From Myxococcales bacterium (GTDB lineage Bacteria > Desulfobacterota > Binatia > HRBIN30), in assembly GCA_037445065.1 (NCBI GenBank), contig JBBILD010000030.1, forward strand, positions 1 to 28,191: a DNA stretch of 28,191 bases, given 5' to 3'. Below are positions 26,267 through 28,191 of the stretch, in pieces. The first letter of the stretch is position 1; each line of letters starts with the position of its first letter. The notes under the pieces were generated by a model. The model ran no database searches. It was not told the DNA's origin and saw nothing but the letters and a program-made list of their open reading frames with translations. Both the position numbers and the translations under genes were made by a program.

Positions 26267-27502
26267 TCATTCCACCGGCGGCGCTGCCCTGTCGCGGTCG
26301 AGGGCGAGCACCATCTCGTATACGAGTTCGAGCACTACCACCAGCGACTCAGGCCGCACGTGGTCCAACGTGTCGAGCCGGGTGTGGTAGTTCGGAACGA
26401 GACGGGTCGTGTCCTGACAGAGGAGCGCGACAGTTTCGATCCCACTGTCGCGGAAGGCCGAGGCATCCGTGGCCCCAAAGGGGATGATCCCATTGTGAAA
26501 ATGCCATTGCCTGGCTTTTGCGATCCTACGAGCCAGCTCGACCAGACGTGGTGAGTGGCGCACGCCAGTGGTCACTTCATGGCGGACTGCTGTAAGGTGG
26601 CGTTCGTCGCACACCCCATCCACAAACAGCCCGAAGGTGGGAAGGGTATTCAGCTCGTCGCGGTGGGTACGCGCGAATCGCTTTGCTCCGCGCAGGCCCG
26701 CCTCCTCGGCCGAAGTGGCAAGTAGCCATACTTCCGTGTGCTCGAGGGCGGTGTCGCGGGCCCGATCGGAGGCGAGGCGGGCAGCGAGACCGTCCAATAC
26801 CGCCACTCCAGCGAGATCGTCCATGGCCCCCGGTACTGTACGATAGGAGTGGAACACGAGGTTGCAGGCCACGATTGGCGTCAACGCCACACCCAGGTAG
26901 CCGGCGACGCGGAAGAGCCAATGGTCCGCGCTGAGCCCGAACACGATCTGTCCGAAGGCGCCGAGCGTCGGGATTAGCGGAGCGAGAAAGGCCACCACCA
27001 TGAGCGGAACCGCAGCATTTTTCAACCAGTACCACAGGTGAAACTCATAGGCTGAGTCGCGGTGGGCGCTCACTAACACCCGCTGCCGTGCTTGACCGCG
27101 CGCCGGTAAGACCGCCAGGATGTTTTCCCCTTGCCGCTGGGGGAAGAGCGGGTCCAGCAGCTCCCGGTAGCGGAGCAGCTCGAGGTAGGTCACGGCCAGC
27201 AGGACGATCCCGACCGCCACCGAAACCCAGGGGGCGACCCAATACGTGGCAACAGTGACGAAGTAGAACAGGGCTGTGAAAGGGATGAATCCAAGAAACG
27301 CGTGCGGGTGACAAGAGAAGGATTCGGTGCGCACCGTCCAGCCGAGTGCGGACCAGCGCTGCACGAGCCATTGCCCGAGTTGTTTCTCCGCCGCGGAGCA
27401 AGACTCTCGGGGCCCGAAACGGGCAAGAGCCTGTTCGAGGAACTGGCACATTCGGGCGTGGAGCTGGGGGGAGGTCATTCCGTGCCCGATTCCAACTCTC
27501 AC
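26267..27502 (-). CDS. M28-family zinc peptidase/hydrolase with inserted transmembrane segments
   Basis: VSAHRDS (HxD), GAMDDLAG, SAEEAGLRGA, VDGV, GATDA and NYHT..DT. Start is GTG 27502 (GTGA overlap) or ATG 27478. Confidence 0.88.
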   Translation of the reverse strand: MRVGIGHGMTSPQLHARMCQFLEQALARFGPRESCSAAEKQLGQWLVQRWSALGWTVRTESFSCHPHAFLGFIPFTALFYFVTVATYWVAPWVSVAVGIVLLAVTYLELLRYRELLDPLFPQRQGENILAVLPARGQARQRVLVSAHRDSAYEFHLWYWLKNAAVPLMVVAFLAPLIPTLGAFGQIVFGLSADHWLFRVAGYLGVALTPIVACNLVFHSYRTVPGAMDDLAGVAVLDGLAARLASDRARDTALEHTEVWLLATSAEEAGLRGAKRFARTHRDELNTLPTFGLFVDGVCDERHLTAVRHEVTTGVRHSPRLVELARRIAKARQWHFHNGIIPFGATDASAFRDSGIETVALLCQDTTRLVPNYHTRLDTLDHVRPESLVVVLELVYEMVLALDRDRAAPPVE

Positions 27503-27873
27503 GCTGCTCCCGTTTGCCGCAGCCAGGTCTGAAAGTCGAAGTAGTCACGCCAAGCGCGAATCTTCCCGGCTTCGATTTCGAACACCCCGGCGACCGGTAG
27601 CTCGACCTTTTTGCCAGCGAAGGTGAAGCGGTCGATCCGCTCTGTAAACACGATTGGGCCACGTATCGCTAAGTGCAAGATTTCAAAATCGATTTCCTCT
27701 GCCGGGGTGACGAACGTTTCGAGAGTGGCGCGGATTTCTTCGACGCCCCGCAGGGCGGGTAGGGGGATGTTGTGGTACACCGCCTCGGGGTGGAAAAACG
27801 CGAGTAAAGTGGGGACATCACGCTGTCGCCAAGCAGCACAAAACTCGCGGATCAGCCGTTCGTTTGCATCCAT
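27499..27873 (-). CDS. Limonene-1,2-epoxide hydrolase family protein (SnoaL/NTF2 fold, EphG-like)
   Basis: AVYHNIP (Tyr/Asn), FTERIDRF (Arg/Asp), LPVAGVFE and WRDYFD (Asp) catalytic motifs; GAGGTG RBS. Confidence 0.9.
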   Translation of the reverse strand: MDANERLIREFCAAWRQRDVPTLLAFFHPEAVYHNIPLPALRGVEEIRATLETFVTPAEEIDFEILHLAIRGPIVFTERIDRFTFAGKKVELPVAGVFEIEAGKIRAWRDYFDFQTWLRQTGAA

Positions 27874-28191
27874 GGAGTTCGCACCTCGAAGTCAAGCCTA
27901 CCAAGGGTGACGGCTTGAAGCTACGCAGGTATGCCCCCCTGCTGACCCGAGCATCGGTCGCTTCGAATGTTCGAAAGGCCGTTTGGCTCTGCTCCCCATT
28001 GAAGGGCAAAACTCAAGTTGACAATAGCGGCTGGCAATGGCAGCCTTGGGGAGCGCAAGTGACTGGATGGATTGTGCCCGCGCAAAACGGGGATCAACTC
28101 GGTTGAACAAGTTCGGAGCGCCGCCCATGAAGAACGCAGTCGTTTTGGGTGGTGGCGTGGGTGCCTTGGGGCGCGAGGGGGCACGTTGAGG

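Noticed and set aside
28127..28189. Short ORF MKNAVVLGGGVGALGREGAR resembling an FAD-binding GxGxxG start, with a GGAG upstream
   Set aside because: It stops after 20 codons at the window edge. A TTG at 28186 preceded by GAGGGGG is an equally plausible start of the next gene. It cannot be resolved without downstream sequence.
1..28191. CRISPR arrays, tRNA/rRNA, tmRNA, RNase P, SRP RNA, transposases or integrases
   Set aside because: No regularly spaced repeats or diagnostic motifs were seen by eye on either strand.

Overview
This is a GC-rich bacterial chromosomal window. The type IVa pilin with a sigma-54-type promoter, the TolC/RND efflux genes and the Arn lipid A genes point to a diderm, possibly Deltaproteobacteria/Binatota-like, organism (inference only). 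From left to right it contains: (1) the 5' end of a type IV pilin gene (minus strand) with a -24/-12 promoter and candidate activator sites; (2) a gene-poor stretch of about 1.2 kb with inverted repeats; (3) a minus-strand run of about 17.6 kb, read as trxB, czcCBA-like HME-RND efflux, arnC, split arnA (formyltransferase plus dehydrogenase), arnD, arnT, a second divergent ArnT-type GT-C, a DegT-family aminotransferase, a second ArnC-like GT2, a Gfo/Idh/MocA oxidoreductase and an orphan response regulator; (4) moaC and an rlmD-like gene, divergent from trxB with overlapping start codons; (5) a frameshifted rlmL-like gene; (6) an acyl-CoA synthetase, an LLM oxidoreductase and a DUF2804-like gene converging on an epoxide hydrolase and a membrane M28 peptidase. 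The best candidate for an undescribed system is a second undecaprenyl-phosphate amino-sugar transfer module attached to the Ara4N pathway, whose enzymes have atypical active-site motifs. The ArnD also has Cys in place of an Asp that probably binds metal. No mobile elements, CRISPR arrays, tRNA or rRNA were recognised. All family assignments come from motif recognition, not database searches.
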